DNA of 60,965 nucleotides, counting the filler, from Sphacelaria rigidula (taxonomy: Eukaryota), in NCBI GenBank assembly GCA_964200075.2. It is 6 parts of 6 records of this genome, joined end to end, with 100 filler letters (N's around TTAATTAATTAA, not from the genome) between each part and the next. Parts side by side here need not be neighbours in the genome. Positions count along the whole stretch, not along the records: positions 30,535 to 40,612 come from CAXNAA020007196.1; positions 40,713 to 50,789 come from CAXNAA020007197.1; 4 more parts are not named here. One strand, written 5' to 3'. Each line of letters starts with the position of its first letter. Within the stretch, counting starts at the first letter, position 1. Position numbers and translations under genes: made by a program. Below are positions 39,388 to 50,889 of the stretch, in pieces. Under the pieces are notes generated by a model. That model made no database searches. It was not told the DNA's origin and saw nothing but the letters and a program-made list of their open reading frames with translations.

Positions 39388-39563
39388 TTAGATATAGCCC
39401 GTGACGCGTGCCTCGTCAGCTGTGTACGTCAGCGTGAGAGCTGACGCGGGTCAGTCAGCAACACCGGGGCGACACCTCTTGACTCACCCTAGCTCAGTGG
39501 CGTCAGGATACAAACCCCATAGTACGGGGTAGATCTCGACACTTTGTCTCTCACTGAAGGTAT

Positions 39564-40340
39564 CATCACACGTTGGACAGATCATGATCTGTCTAGGAAT
39601 TACTTCTACTCAGTATGCTGATCCGGATCGTGATCCGGATCATTTTGACCCTACTCTTCCATGTTTGTTCCTTACCGCGCCGAACTCCGAGCACACCGAG
39701 TAACCCAAAAAGGCTGCTGTGCTTTGGTTTTTTCTGACCCCGCGGTCACATATTTCTTGTTATTGGACCGACGGGTTCACGGTTAGGACGGATCAAGATT
39801 TACACAAGTCGACTCCTCACGACATGACAGTAGTCAACCTGTCTTCAAGTGCTGGTCCCGCGTGCACCCCGACGGTTAACAACATATGCAGTACAGTCAT
39901 CTCAACCGCATACAGATTGGGAGAAAAGTACGACCGATTCAAGGCCCGCCATGTCATGAGAGGATTCAACCATGTGCCGACTCTTCGTCCCGCACGGAGA
40001 CATACGCATGGCATAGATGTAGATGACATTCACACCTCATGGTGAGTGTGGGTGGCATGTACAATCGATCCATTCCGCATTTTTCTACAGGGGGTCAACA
40101 TGTGTCCATGATCTACCCCCCATGACCTGGAGGTGGGAAACGGGTACCGTTGACGGTGTACTGCACGACACGAGATCTCGAAGCCTGTATGAAGTACAAA
40201 TGATGTACGACTCGTATGATTGGTTCGTTGAAATGATGAACATGAGCTGAATCACGATTTTATTTGTCCTACCCGTGAACGGGTTCGAGATTCCTCTGTT
40301 ATTAGTTGTTTCAGACAGATCATGATATGTCCGACGTGTG
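39564..40340. mobile_element. TIR element containing a Copia RT relic
   Basis: 28-bp TIR cacacgttggacagatcatgatctgtct; perfect 8-bp TSD gaaggtat. Internal + strand DRFKARHVMRGFNHVP (~39930-39980), then SAFF and RSLY remnants. Confidence 0.75.
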
Positions 40341-40612
40341 GAAGGTATAGGCTTAGAGCTCGATAAAATGGTGATGGTTACATGAAATTTTTGGATAATG
40401 GTTTCAAACTATTATCTATTGTTACCGGCCTTATAAACCACTACCCTGCTACGTATGTTACATGCAGCCCTTGAAAATTGGCTCAAATGTACCGTATTTT
40501 TTAGCTCTCGTGAAGCCAAATAGTTAAAAACGTGCCTCCGGCACGGCGCCTCCAGCCGGGCCCTCCGGGGGCTCTGCTAGGGAGGGGGGGGGGGGTGCGC
40601 ATTTGCTGCTGG

Positions 40613-40712
40613 NNNNNNNNNNNNNNNNNNNNNNNNNNNNNNNNNNNNNNNNNNNNTTAATTAATTAANNNNNNNNNNNNNNNNNNNNNNNNNNNNNNNN
40701 NNNNNNNNNNNN
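40613..40712. other. Artificial contig spacer
   Basis: N44-TTAATTAATTAA-N44. Confidence 0.98.
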
Positions 40713-41299
40713 TCTGGTGATATCGTCATCAACACGCGTGTACACCGCATTCGTTAGGTGCACCTAGCCACAGCTGCTTAACTGCTGCGGACATGTGAGG
40801 GGGAAGATGCGCAAGTGTTTCGCGTCTTCCCTGCAAAAGAGAAATGCCACTTCAACCTCATTTTTTGTATGAACCCCATTTTCTAGGATCCACTGTTATT
40901 CGCTGTAACTGTACCAATGTTTCATTTGGCGTGTGCTTCGTTGCTTGTAGCACTGGGGTGTGCTTCCAGCTATATGTCGATATCCTACTCAGAGGTACCA
41001 AGGGCTTCAGTGCTAAGCTACTACAGAAAGTGTATCGGGCCTCGTGTAAGGACATTCCGGAATTGAAACGAATCATTCGCCAGTTGACCGCTTCTCACCA
41101 TCAATCGTAGTCTCCACCCTCAATCTCACAAGAACAAATGGCATTGATATGTCCCTCCTGTTGTGTCAGGGGGCCAAACAATCGCGCAGAGGATCTAATA
41201 TCATGCCATTGGCCTCTGTGGGGCGCCCTGAACTCCTGTGGAGGGTTTGCTCATGCCCTCCGCCTCCTACGGGATGTAGGGGGTCGACATCCCGCTAGA

Positions 41300-42510
41300 G
41301 TCTTGGCGCCCCTTTCGCCTCCAGAGTATTGTCCACCCCTCTCCCTCCTAGAGGGACATTTGTTCTGATCTCCGGAGGGAACTGGAGGTAATTCCTTCCC
41401 TCCAGAGGACAGCGCAACCTAACCGACTGGCGCTCCGTCCCTCTAGAGTGACTCCGTGGATACCCTTTGGAGGAAATAGGGGTGATGTGTCTTTGTTGGA
41501 ATTTGAGAAATAACACTTCCGAATATACCTACTCGAGATTAGCGGTAAAACCAGTAACGGTTAATCGTTAAAACAAAGATCGTAGTAATTCACGAAGAAG
41601 TAGTATATTCGTCGTAGAATAATGAATAGCTCATGTACTGCACAGCTCGTATAGAGAGAGTCAGCACATTGTTAGAATTTTGAAGGGTTGAGTACGAAGA
41701 GTCTAAGGTATCAGCAGTTTGGATAAACCGTTTATAGTGTCCAAGAGATTTGTCGATAAAATGAAATAGCTCCACGCTATTTACTCTCCAAAGCGACCCA
41801 CCTCAAGCAAGCCTACTAGTTTGCTATCAGTACTATATGAAGTAGATACTAGTAGAGACTGGTTGTGTTTGATTTGAGTGACGCCCGGATGAAGCGGCAA
41901 GTTCAAGCATTCTTTTCTCATCGCACAAGCAGGTGTTTAACCAACACTGTGTAGCCTCCGAGCTCTCTTGTCAGAGCTGGGCTCACCAGTTGAATCACTT
42001 GTGCCTGTCAGGTTGACATTTGGACACCGTGTTTTATACACGAGCCACGATAGCCACATATATATCCCAACAATCCTCCCCCTAGAGGAGAGCAAAACTG
42101 ACGATTCTGAAGGCTCGCCGTCCCTCCAGAGTGACTCCGTAGATACCCTCTGGAGGAAACAGGGGTGATTTCTTCCCTCCAGAGGACAACAAAATCTACC
42201 ATTCTGGAGGCTCGCCGTCTCTCCAGAGGGCATGCACGGAGTCCCTCTGGAGGGAAAAGGGGCATGTCTTCACTCCAGAAGGCAGCAAAACCTACCATTG
42301 TGGAGGCTCGCCGTCCCTCCAGAAGGACGCCGCGGATGCCCTCTGGATGGTACAGGGGGAAAGTTGTCCCTCCAGAGGGCAGCGAAATTTACCATTCTGG
42401 AGGCTCGACGTCCCTCCAGAGGGCATCCACGGAATCCCTCTGGAGGGAACAGGTGGGTTGTCCTCCTTCCAGAGGGCAAACAAAACTACCATTATAGAGG
42501 GGTGGAGAGG
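41300..42510 (+). repeat. ~97-bp tandem satellite with internal ccctccagag / ctctggaggg palindromes, split by a solo LTR
   Basis: aggctcg.cg recurs at 42111, 42208, 42304 and 42401; further units at ~41300-41493. Confidence 0.85.
41494..42072 (+). mobile_element. Solo LTR (Copia-related)
   Basis: TGTTG...CAACA ends; degenerate 5-bp TSD gtctt / atcct; the satellite resumes in register; the 3' end cacgagccacga...ccaaca is shared with the LTR ending at 43405. Confidence 0.7.
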
Positions 42511-42702
42511 TGAGCCGAATGGTCGCGCGTGTGAATAACTGCTGCTGTCTTTTGCCTTAACTGTACCAAACGCTCAATGCGTGTCTCTTTCAAGTTGGCT
42601 CAAGCGCTATAACTGCTGCTGTACTCGCCTCCAGTTGACTCAAGCACTATGATTTCTGTTGTATTTGCTCAAACTTGCTTACTTTCCTATTACCCGGCTG
42701 CA

Positions 42703-45135
42703 TGTTGCAAAAATCCAGACGATGCAGTCAATTTCATCGTGTTCGAATGAAGTCGTTGCAACAAAACATAGCGGTACTATCTGTTACGTTTCAACGAAAC
42801 AATGAACCACGTGAGACCGTTTCATTAGTATCCTATTCACGGAGAGTACCTCTTTCGTGTTGATTTCAAGATTACCTGTGTGAATGACGTTTCAGGTAGG
42901 ATATTGCTAGAGTAGGCGTGTTGACATGATTTGTCAATGAAAGACTCTAGCAGAGTATTTAGGCCACGTAAGTTACGGGATATCTTGTGTGTAACTTTGC
43001 AGTTAATCTAAGCTGGCTAGGCTACCGCGTCAGCAATAGCGGGGTTAAATTGAATGAAACGGTTAGACCTTACGTACGTGTAGAGTATTTGGTGCTTCTT
43101 CCAAGATTGTGCATGGCTTTAATCGGTGGTCTATCGCCCTTGCAATCACTCTCCCAAGCGTACCAAGCTTACCTAGCTCTTCTTCATTTCCTCAGCATTC
43201 TGCTTGCAAAAGAGGCTGCCTTCATTTTGTTCGGCCGAAGTGAAGAGCCCCAAACACCATTTTTGGCTTTGGACTTTCTGTCTGCTGCAGAAGCAAGTGG
43301 TTTGATTACCACTGTGCAACCTCTGCTAAACTACTGTCTTTGGGACAGTAGTCGGTCTGTTTCGAGAACAGTACCAAACGCCACGAGCCACGAATATTTC
43401 CAACAGGTTTCGAGCCTTCGATTCGCGACTACGTAGTCCTTCAGGTCATCGGCCTTCGATTCGAGACTATGACGGTCAGCACGAGCGAGTGGACGTCACT
43501 TCAAGGTCGTATCAGCAGCATCAATCAGAAGACCGATAAATCAGATCATTTCACAGGATCTGCAAGTGTGAATAGAATGGTTTACGAATATAACTTGAGG
43601 CAGATGAATACACCGGGAAAACCATCTGTAACTCAACTCATCAGGAGTATCAACAAGTTCGACGGTACGAAATTCGTCGAGTGGACGCGCTCTACGCGCG
43701 CGATAATATCCTTGACTCATCCGGGGATATCTGATATCCACAACGGGGTTGAAGGCCCCCTGGAAATTTACAGGGAGGGTTACGTGACACGTGACGTTTT
43801 AACGTGACACATTCGAAATCACGTAACTTTGGGTCATTTAACGCTGCGTAAGGTTTGAGTTTTTGGCTGGGACATATGTAAGGTGACCTGATGTAACGTG
43901 TGGCCCTTTGCATGAACCCTAACATTGCGTTTTACCTTCCATATGTGACGAAACCTCTGCTTGTTTTCGTCAATATGTCGCGTGTGACGTTTGACGTTAA
44001 AAATTCACAAAAACAGCCTTTTTTTACATCTGGAAACACCAAGAGACACTGCTTCAAGGTCCACATGTTACATCACGTTACGTTGTATTTGCCCCGTCCA
44101 AAACATCAAACCTTACGTAGCGTTAAATGGCCCAAAGTTACGTCTTTTCCGGCTTTTTCAAATGTGTCACGTGTGTCACGTATCCCTCCTTGGAAATTTA
44201 TGATGAAGATTGTTCTGAGGTAGATCACCCACAACCAGCTGCCAGAACGACATCAAGAACAAGCCTCATTGCGACCCGTTTCAGAAGCCATCAGCAGCCG
44301 CCCGCTCGTTCGCCGTCACCACCGGTGGGGGCAACTGCGAGGAGCGAGACGAAGCAGCTGCGGGTGATAATGAAACTCCTAGTGATCAAGCCCAACCTCC
44401 TGTTCGAGAAGTGTCTGATCATCCCAGCGTGGACTTACATTTAAGACAGATTTTGAACAAGCGTGAGATACAAAACTGGGATCGGTATAACGAACAGTTG
44501 TTCAAAGTTTTGTACTTATCGACAACTGGTTCAGCGGCAAGTCACCCCTTGCGTTTTCATACGAAGGGTTCAGAGAAACCAAATGGCAAAAGTGCGCGGG
44601 AAGGTCTGGTAGCCAAGTACCAGAATCCATCTAAGCAAAGACGCCGCTTGCTGATGCGACAGCTGGACACCATGACTATGTCACCAGGACAAGACCCTGA
44701 CGTTTTTCTAGCACAAGTATTCCAGCTCCGAGACGAGCTCGTGCATATTGGCGAGCCCATCTCCGACGAACGACTTACAAATATCATAGTCAAGGACCTA
44801 ACCAGCGAGTATGGACAAATAAAATATAACGCAGAGCGAGATCCAGACTTTGGCATCGGGGAAATCGAAAGTACCCTACGCAACATGTATGCCAAAAGAC
44901 TGGCGAGGAAAAATAACTGCGAGCAGATCGCATGGTCAAGATTCGTCAATGCCGGCAGCAGCAATATCTCGAATCAGCCCGCGAAGTTCCGCGGAAAATG
45001 CTACTGCTGCGGAAACGTAGGCCATCGTATGAGGGACTCTTGCTCCAGACGACAGTCCAATAATGGAAACATGCCTGTACAATGGTGCGCCCTTCATCGC
45101 ACTGATCAACGTGACGATTCAGAATGTTATAGCGA
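42703..45135 (+). mobile_element. 3'-truncated Ty1/Copia element: 5' LTR (start tentative, end 43405), PBS-like ggtttcgagcc, disrupted gag
   Basis: KFDGTKFVEW...LYLSTTGSAA...MSPGQDPDVF...degenerate zinc knuckle CYCCGNVGHRMRDS. No pol follows. Confidence 0.8.
43771..44192. mobile_element. 422-bp hAT/P-like MITE inserted in gag
   Basis: TIR cagggagggttacgtgacac / gtgtcacgtatccctccttg; perfect 8-bp TSD gaaattta. Removing it restores GPLEIYDED. Confidence 0.9.
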
Positions 45136-45137
45136 AC

Positions 45138-45244
45138 GCAACAACGACAACCGCGATAGCAACAACCGCGACGACGACAACGACGACGACGACGACAACA
45201 ACAACATTCGCGACGACAACAACGGCAGCAACAACGGCAGCAGC

Positions 45245-45296
<52 letters not shown>
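45138..45296 (+). repeat. (AAC/GAC)n microsatellite
   Basis: Directly visible. Confidence 0.95.
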
Positions 45297-45329
45297 GTGA
45301 CCTTAGGCGATGGGAGAAATAAAGTATTT

Positions 45330-46500
45330 CATTGATTGCCGTGATCATTACACTCTTCTCACTGATCCCCCAGGGATCCAGCCGTGGTCACATTAACCAG
45401 GTACCCTATTATTATTGATTCCGCGCATGAGTCCTAGATGAAAAAATATGGAAAAACTCGCTGAAGAAAAGTGAAGAAAAGCAGAAGAAGGTAGAACAGA
45501 CAAACAGAGTATGTCAAGGGGAGAGAAAAGAAGAAGAAGGAAAGAACAAATAAGAACAAGACAAAGGAGAAAACAATGGAAAGGGCCGGCCACTACCACA
45601 TGGCTTCGGTGAAAAAGGCCTTGCGCAGAAACCTCACTCATACCGGATCGAAAAGCCAAAAAAGCCGCGGGAACAGGTTGCGGTTCATCTATTTCCACCT
45701 CACTAGTTCAGGAACCAAACTGCTCCGTACATTCACCGGGAAAAAAGAACACACCTATAGAAAGAACGAAAAGAAAGGAGACTGGATAAGTGTGATGACA
45801 CCCAAAGGACGCGGTACAGAAGAGCTGGTATAGGCACGCACCACGGAGCACCGCAGTACCATTGACACGGACGGAATCAACAAGCGATAGGGAAAGGCAG
45901 TGGTACATCAGTCGACACATTACAAACGAGCAAGCCTTCACCCAGAGTAGGCTCACCCGTAGGAACTCGGCTAGCTCTGGGGAACAAAAAATAGCTAGTG
46001 ATGTCCCACAGCAGTTGTGACTAGCGACGGTGCCATGACAAACCATCGGCAAAGGTGTTTACTACCCTTTTGACCCGAAGACTAGGACCCTACATGGTGT
46101 GTATTACCATCGGTCGGCATACCAACTGGAACCGAACACCGGAACCAATACCAGAAACATGCGCGAAAGGAGCCATGTGATGCAGCCCCCGACCACCAGT
46201 AATCTTGGCTCCCCACACCGGCCCGAGACGGAACCGCACTCTGCGGAACATTCCCGGAGTCACCCATGATCCATATCCCAGCCTCTACAACAAGCACATC
46301 GACCTGCACAAGGATCGGGTTTCCTGTATCTTTTTTTTTTCCGAATAATCAAGTCTGTACAGTGCACAAAACTGGATATATCCCCACGATACGAACTTGA
46401 TTGGCCGGCAATGAACACATGGCGGCAAATTGCACAGATGCGGAGGAGCAGCCGACGAATCAGACTCTCCCAGGGCAGCCGCGAACGGTGCAATGGGATT
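45330..46500 (-). mobile_element. Decayed LINE 3' region
   Basis: The family 3' end at ~45330-45410 is preceded by a Y-rich UTR and by RKKKRYRK...RCACCRGWDMDHG*LREC, which resembles a LINE C-terminal Cys/His motif. Confidence 0.4.
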
Positions 46501-46673
46501 TTACATTTTATGTTCAGGCTGCAAGAGTCCAGCACAACTATCATGCGTTCGGCACGACGATCGTCATCACCAGAAGATAATGGTGGTGTTGGTGATAGTG
46601 ATGGTAGTGGAGATGACAACCAGGTAGTCGCAACGTTGATCGGCTGTGCGGTAGGCGACGAATCTTGACTGAG

Positions 46674-46977
46674 CTACTGTGTTTGTGTGGGTGCAGTCGA
46701 AGGCGCCGCTGTGGTGAATGGGGTGCCGAAAATTGAGGGGATAGGAGGAAAGACTATGTTCAATGAAGGAGCGGGAGTTCCGGAAGCCATAAAGAAGGGA
46801 AAGGAAATGATCAGCGCGAAGTCTTGCTGGTCGTCCTCCACGAGGCCGTTTTCGGCCGATACCCTGGCGGTCCAGGCGCCGGCGCGAACATACTCGGAGC
46901 CGACAACGATCCGCTCCACGTTGTTGGCGCTGTCAAGGGTGCATGATGAGGCCTGGTCGGTCTGGCACAATCCCGAC
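46674..46977 (-). CDS. KP-43-like S8 subtilase, probable last exon (C-terminal beta domain plus P/T tail)
   Basis: Phase-2 cag acceptor matches the upstream exon (AT|G); DSANNVERI, GAWTARVSA, QDFALII motifs. Confidence 0.85.
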
Positions 46978-47065
46978 CTGCTTGGGAAGGTTTGGGTGAA
47001 GATCAATCGTAGAAATGTAGTTCTCGTAGGGTTAGTCAACGGATCAAGTGCTTATAAATGTTCCG

Positions 47066-47504
47066 AGGGCAGATCGGGTGGAGGATACCCTATACCCGGG
47101 TATTAAGGACAGTCGTACCCTTACTGCTTGAAATGTTGGGTAAAGTACTGAGATCGTACACAAATGACTCGAAACAAAATACTTGGTGAGTATTGAGATC
47201 GTACTCGACCCTCCCCAATATTTGGGTAGAGCATCGAGGCCATACTCAAGTGATAGTATATACCCGGGTATTGCAGTGTTGATGTAATACCTAAGTACCC
47301 TAACTCTGGGTAAAGTATTGAGGTCGTACTCAACTCTGCTCACTTTTTGGGCGGGATATTGAGATTGTGCCCAACGCTACCCAATGTTTGTGTAGTAGAG
47401 TATTGAGGTCGTACCCGATCTGCGCAAAACTTGGGTAGAGAGTAAATACCCGGATATTATACCCGGATGCTCAAAGTTAATACATACCCTACCCGACCTG
47501 CCCT
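47066..47504. mobile_element. Intronic MITE with internal gtattgag.tcgtac repeats
   Basis: TIR agggcagatcgggt / acccgacctgccct. Confidence 0.65.
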
Positions 47505-47610
47505 TGTCATGATGTTATAAAGGAAGAAGAGCGCGTAATTTTAAATCGACTGGAATATGCTCAGTGCGCATATCATGGGGAAAACATGAAGTGTAAGTTC
47601 AAAAACTCAC

Positions 47611-47981
47611 ATGGTCCAAATCGTGCCGTCGGGTCCCTCAAGGAACAGATCCAAGTCGTGCAGCAGCTGCTTCCCGGACAGATCCGTCGCGGGCGGATCC
47701 ATCCACACAAGCGTTGCCCTGATCTCCTCCCCATACTCGACCGCCATTTCTGCGTCCGCCTCGGACACATGAAAAACGCGACTTTCGGAGGTGTGGGCGG
47801 CAACTGTCGCGTTGAGCGCTGTCTCCACGCCCAGCGCTGGATACTTGTCTTCAACGTAGAGCGCCGACAGGCCATCGCCGTCGAAGGGCATCTTGGATTC
47901 CACGTGCACGCGCCCGAAGCCTTTCGAGCCGTCGGGATCGGTGCTCCCGCCCATGCTGTTCGCGCCGTGTATTAGCATCGC
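47611..47981 (-). CDS. KP-43-like S8 subtilase, penultimate exon
   Basis: ttgcag|AMLIHGA...KGFGRVHV...IRATLVWMDPP...LLHDLDL...|gtgagt. Confidence 0.9.
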
Positions 47982-48282
47982 CTGCAACGTCATATATTTG
48001 TTCGTTCAAAACACGTCGCTTTTTGGTGTTGTTGTCGATTGTTGTTGCTGTTGCTGTTGCCGTTATTGGTTGTTTATATGTTCATTATATTTATCGTGCT
48101 GCAGTGGTGTCGATGTTGTCGGTGTACTGTCCGCCATATAAATGTCTTCGAATCGCTCCATGATTATTGTCCTGAAACACAGCGATATGGTCACCGTGGG
48201 TCCTTGTCGAATGTCATGCGTGCCAATGAGGGTAAATAGGGCTGGTCTGTTGTTGGCAAAAGCGCTGTCGCTTAGCGCGGAT

Positions 48283-48293
48283 GCGTGTGTGTG

Positions 48294-48338
<45 letters not shown>
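48283..48338 (+). repeat. (GT)n microsatellite
   Basis: Directly visible. Confidence 0.95.
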
Positions 48339-48340
<2 letters not shown>

Positions 48341-48780
48341 GAAAACATGTTTTTTCTTTCTTGTGACACCGATTATAAGAGACACACATCCACAATATGT
48401 GTGTTCAGCCGTCTTCGAAACTTCTGACAGTGCATATGATGCACTTTTTTGTGTTGTCCTCCCAGGGAGTGTAAGTCTCAGAATTTACTTCCACTTCAAG
48501 CTTTTCGATGTTTTCCGCCGGAGAAATTATCAGCAATAAATGAATATATCTTATTGGCAGGCGTTTGACCAAAGGATTGCTCAATTTCCTTTTTTATTTT
48601 TCCATTTTCATGATGACCTACAATTCCGAGGGAAGGCCTCAGTCGTTTGCACATCTAATGCGCTGGTGTGGTCCACACACATGATTCCTGCGGCCACGGT
48701 CATTCGAGAACGTGCCGGCTCCATTTCCCCGTTTTTTCTTTGTCACTTCAGCATCCCTGTTCGGGGTTGGTAACGTTTAC

Positions 48781-48932
48781 ATCGGTGTCCAGCCATCTTT
48801 GCAATGAACGGAATTGTTCGGGATGGTAACTGATCACCCCGGTACTCATCGGTACAGGAACCAGCTATCTTTGCAATGCACGATAATGTTTGAGTGGTAA
48901 TTGGCCGCCCCGGCACTCATTGGTGGAGGAAC
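48781..48932 (+). repeat. ~72-bp tandem duplication
   Basis: ccagc.atctttgcaatg...tggtaa...ccccgg.actcat occurs twice. Confidence 0.7.
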
Positions 48933-50789
48933 TGGCCACCTTGCTATTGTACATCATTTTTGGAAGGCAACGGGCCACGCTGGTTTCCATTAGTACGGGA
49001 AGATCTACAGAAAAAACTTGAAAACAAACATTGTTCAAGAAGTGAACACGTCACTCAAGGAGAAGGCACGTTACTCAAAAAGATAAAGAACGGGAAATAA
49101 AGAAACAAGAGGAGGAGAAAGATTAAAACCGCCCGGTGGGTTTTGGAGATACGGCCTATCCATCACCCTGTTACCACTGTCCTTTTGAGGTAACGTGGTG
49201 TTGACCTATACTAGGACTCACGTTGCGTTGCTCTACACTAATTGGGACCAACATTTTTTATTATGGTATTCCTATGGAGGGGTAATGAGAATACGCAGGA
49301 ATGCCAGTATTTGCCTGGCGGTTGTTTGAACGGGAGTGAGAAAATATTATTTGTTCGGCAACGATCTGGACGGGAATGGGGGTACGTCACACGCTTGGTA
49401 ACGGTTTGAATGGGAATGAATATTTGTGATTCGAGTCATCCTATGATAGGGGAGAGGTATTTGATTGCAAGAGAAAAAAGGCTCGAAAGTGTGTCAGACG
49501 ACCTGCCACACTCGCGGTGCGCTTGTATTTGGTTCAAAACGATGTCAATCGGTATGAACGAGCGTTATATATCTATCACAAGCTCGTTCGAGCAACCGCT
49601 ACTCCTTTTAAGGACGATTTGACTTGGAATTTCGTGCAAGAAGTGGCCCAAAATAAACGCCCACGCGCCCCTCCCCATGACAGTGCTGTCATCAACGGTG
49701 CCATANNNNNNNNNNTTTGACTTGGAATCTCGTCCACGAAGTGCCCCAAAATACCCCCCCCCCCCTATCGAAGGATTACTCATTCATCTTGGCAGGGTCC
49801 CATTTCCTAAGTACCGTCGTTATACCGCGGTAAATCAATGCCACATGGGAAATTCCCGAAGTAAGCCCTACTTTTCCCCCCCATATTGCATCATGTTTAC
49901 CTACGGAGGGACGGTATATCCCAATTGCGGCTACGTATCATGGGTTCACGCCGCGCATCGTTTAAGACCCATTATTATCGACACTGCTTTTTCAGTGGTC
50001 TCAGAATTGTGGTGAGGTTTCGGACTCTACGCTGAGATTTCTCCGAGAACGAAGCGGCCTGATGTCTTCTCCGACGCTTTATTTTTGGAGACGTCTGAAA
50101 CGTTCGGACGGCAGCGCAGCACTTCGGAGAGATGCCGAATGAATATACCGTGGCGCTCGCAAGCATTCGATAATCGAAATGTACGTCACCAGTCCCGACA
50201 ATATCGGGGATATCGGGAGAAACAGTGCTGATAACAATGGGCCTAACCCGCTGGTGTAGCCCGCACCCATGACTCCTGCGACCGCACGCAGCCAAACGCT
50301 CCTGTGCCGTGCTTTCATACAAATAATGTCGTGGGAACGGGAATGTTCCAGCACAGTCATGTGGCCCAGAGAAAAACAAAACCTACCCCGTGAACATGGA
50401 TGAAGCCTTCAGCATCAGACATCGTCGGCATCATATTGTGTATCTTGATAATTCAGGCCTGTGGGCGGAGGGGGCGTGTAGGTTGTAGATTCTCACTGGG
50501 TAGAGGCGATGCGGCGTGAATGGGAGCGTGACGTGCACTCGGACTGGATTAGCCTTCCGGAGCAGAGCTTGGGACAAGGTGATGGATGAGCTCGATGGGC
50601 GCTTGACGGGACGCCTAGGATGAAGAGTATTCCGATGCGTGGGAGGAATGTGTGTTGAGGCGACCGCATCGGAGTTGAGACGCCCCTACGGTCAGGATCA
50701 GGGTCAGTCTTTATGTTGGGGTTAGGGTCAGGGGGGGGGCGTACTCATTTGTTGCTTGCCTTAGTCGTGTGACCATTGACCACGCATCC

Positions 50790-50889
50790 NNNNNNNNNNN
50801 NNNNNNNNNNNNNNNNNNNNNNNNNNNNNNNNNTTAATTAATTAANNNNNNNNNNNNNNNNNNNNNNNNNNNNNNNNNNNNNNNNNNNN
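50790..50889. other. Artificial contig spacer
   Basis: N44-TTAATTAATTAA-N44. Confidence 0.98.

Noticed and set aside
45063-45348. Poly-Thr, poly-Leu and poly-Asn ORFs
   Set aside because: Translations of the (AAC)n microsatellite.
14956-47981. Functional cluster linking the Cys-rich gene and the subtilase
   Set aside because: They lie on different, artificially joined contigs.
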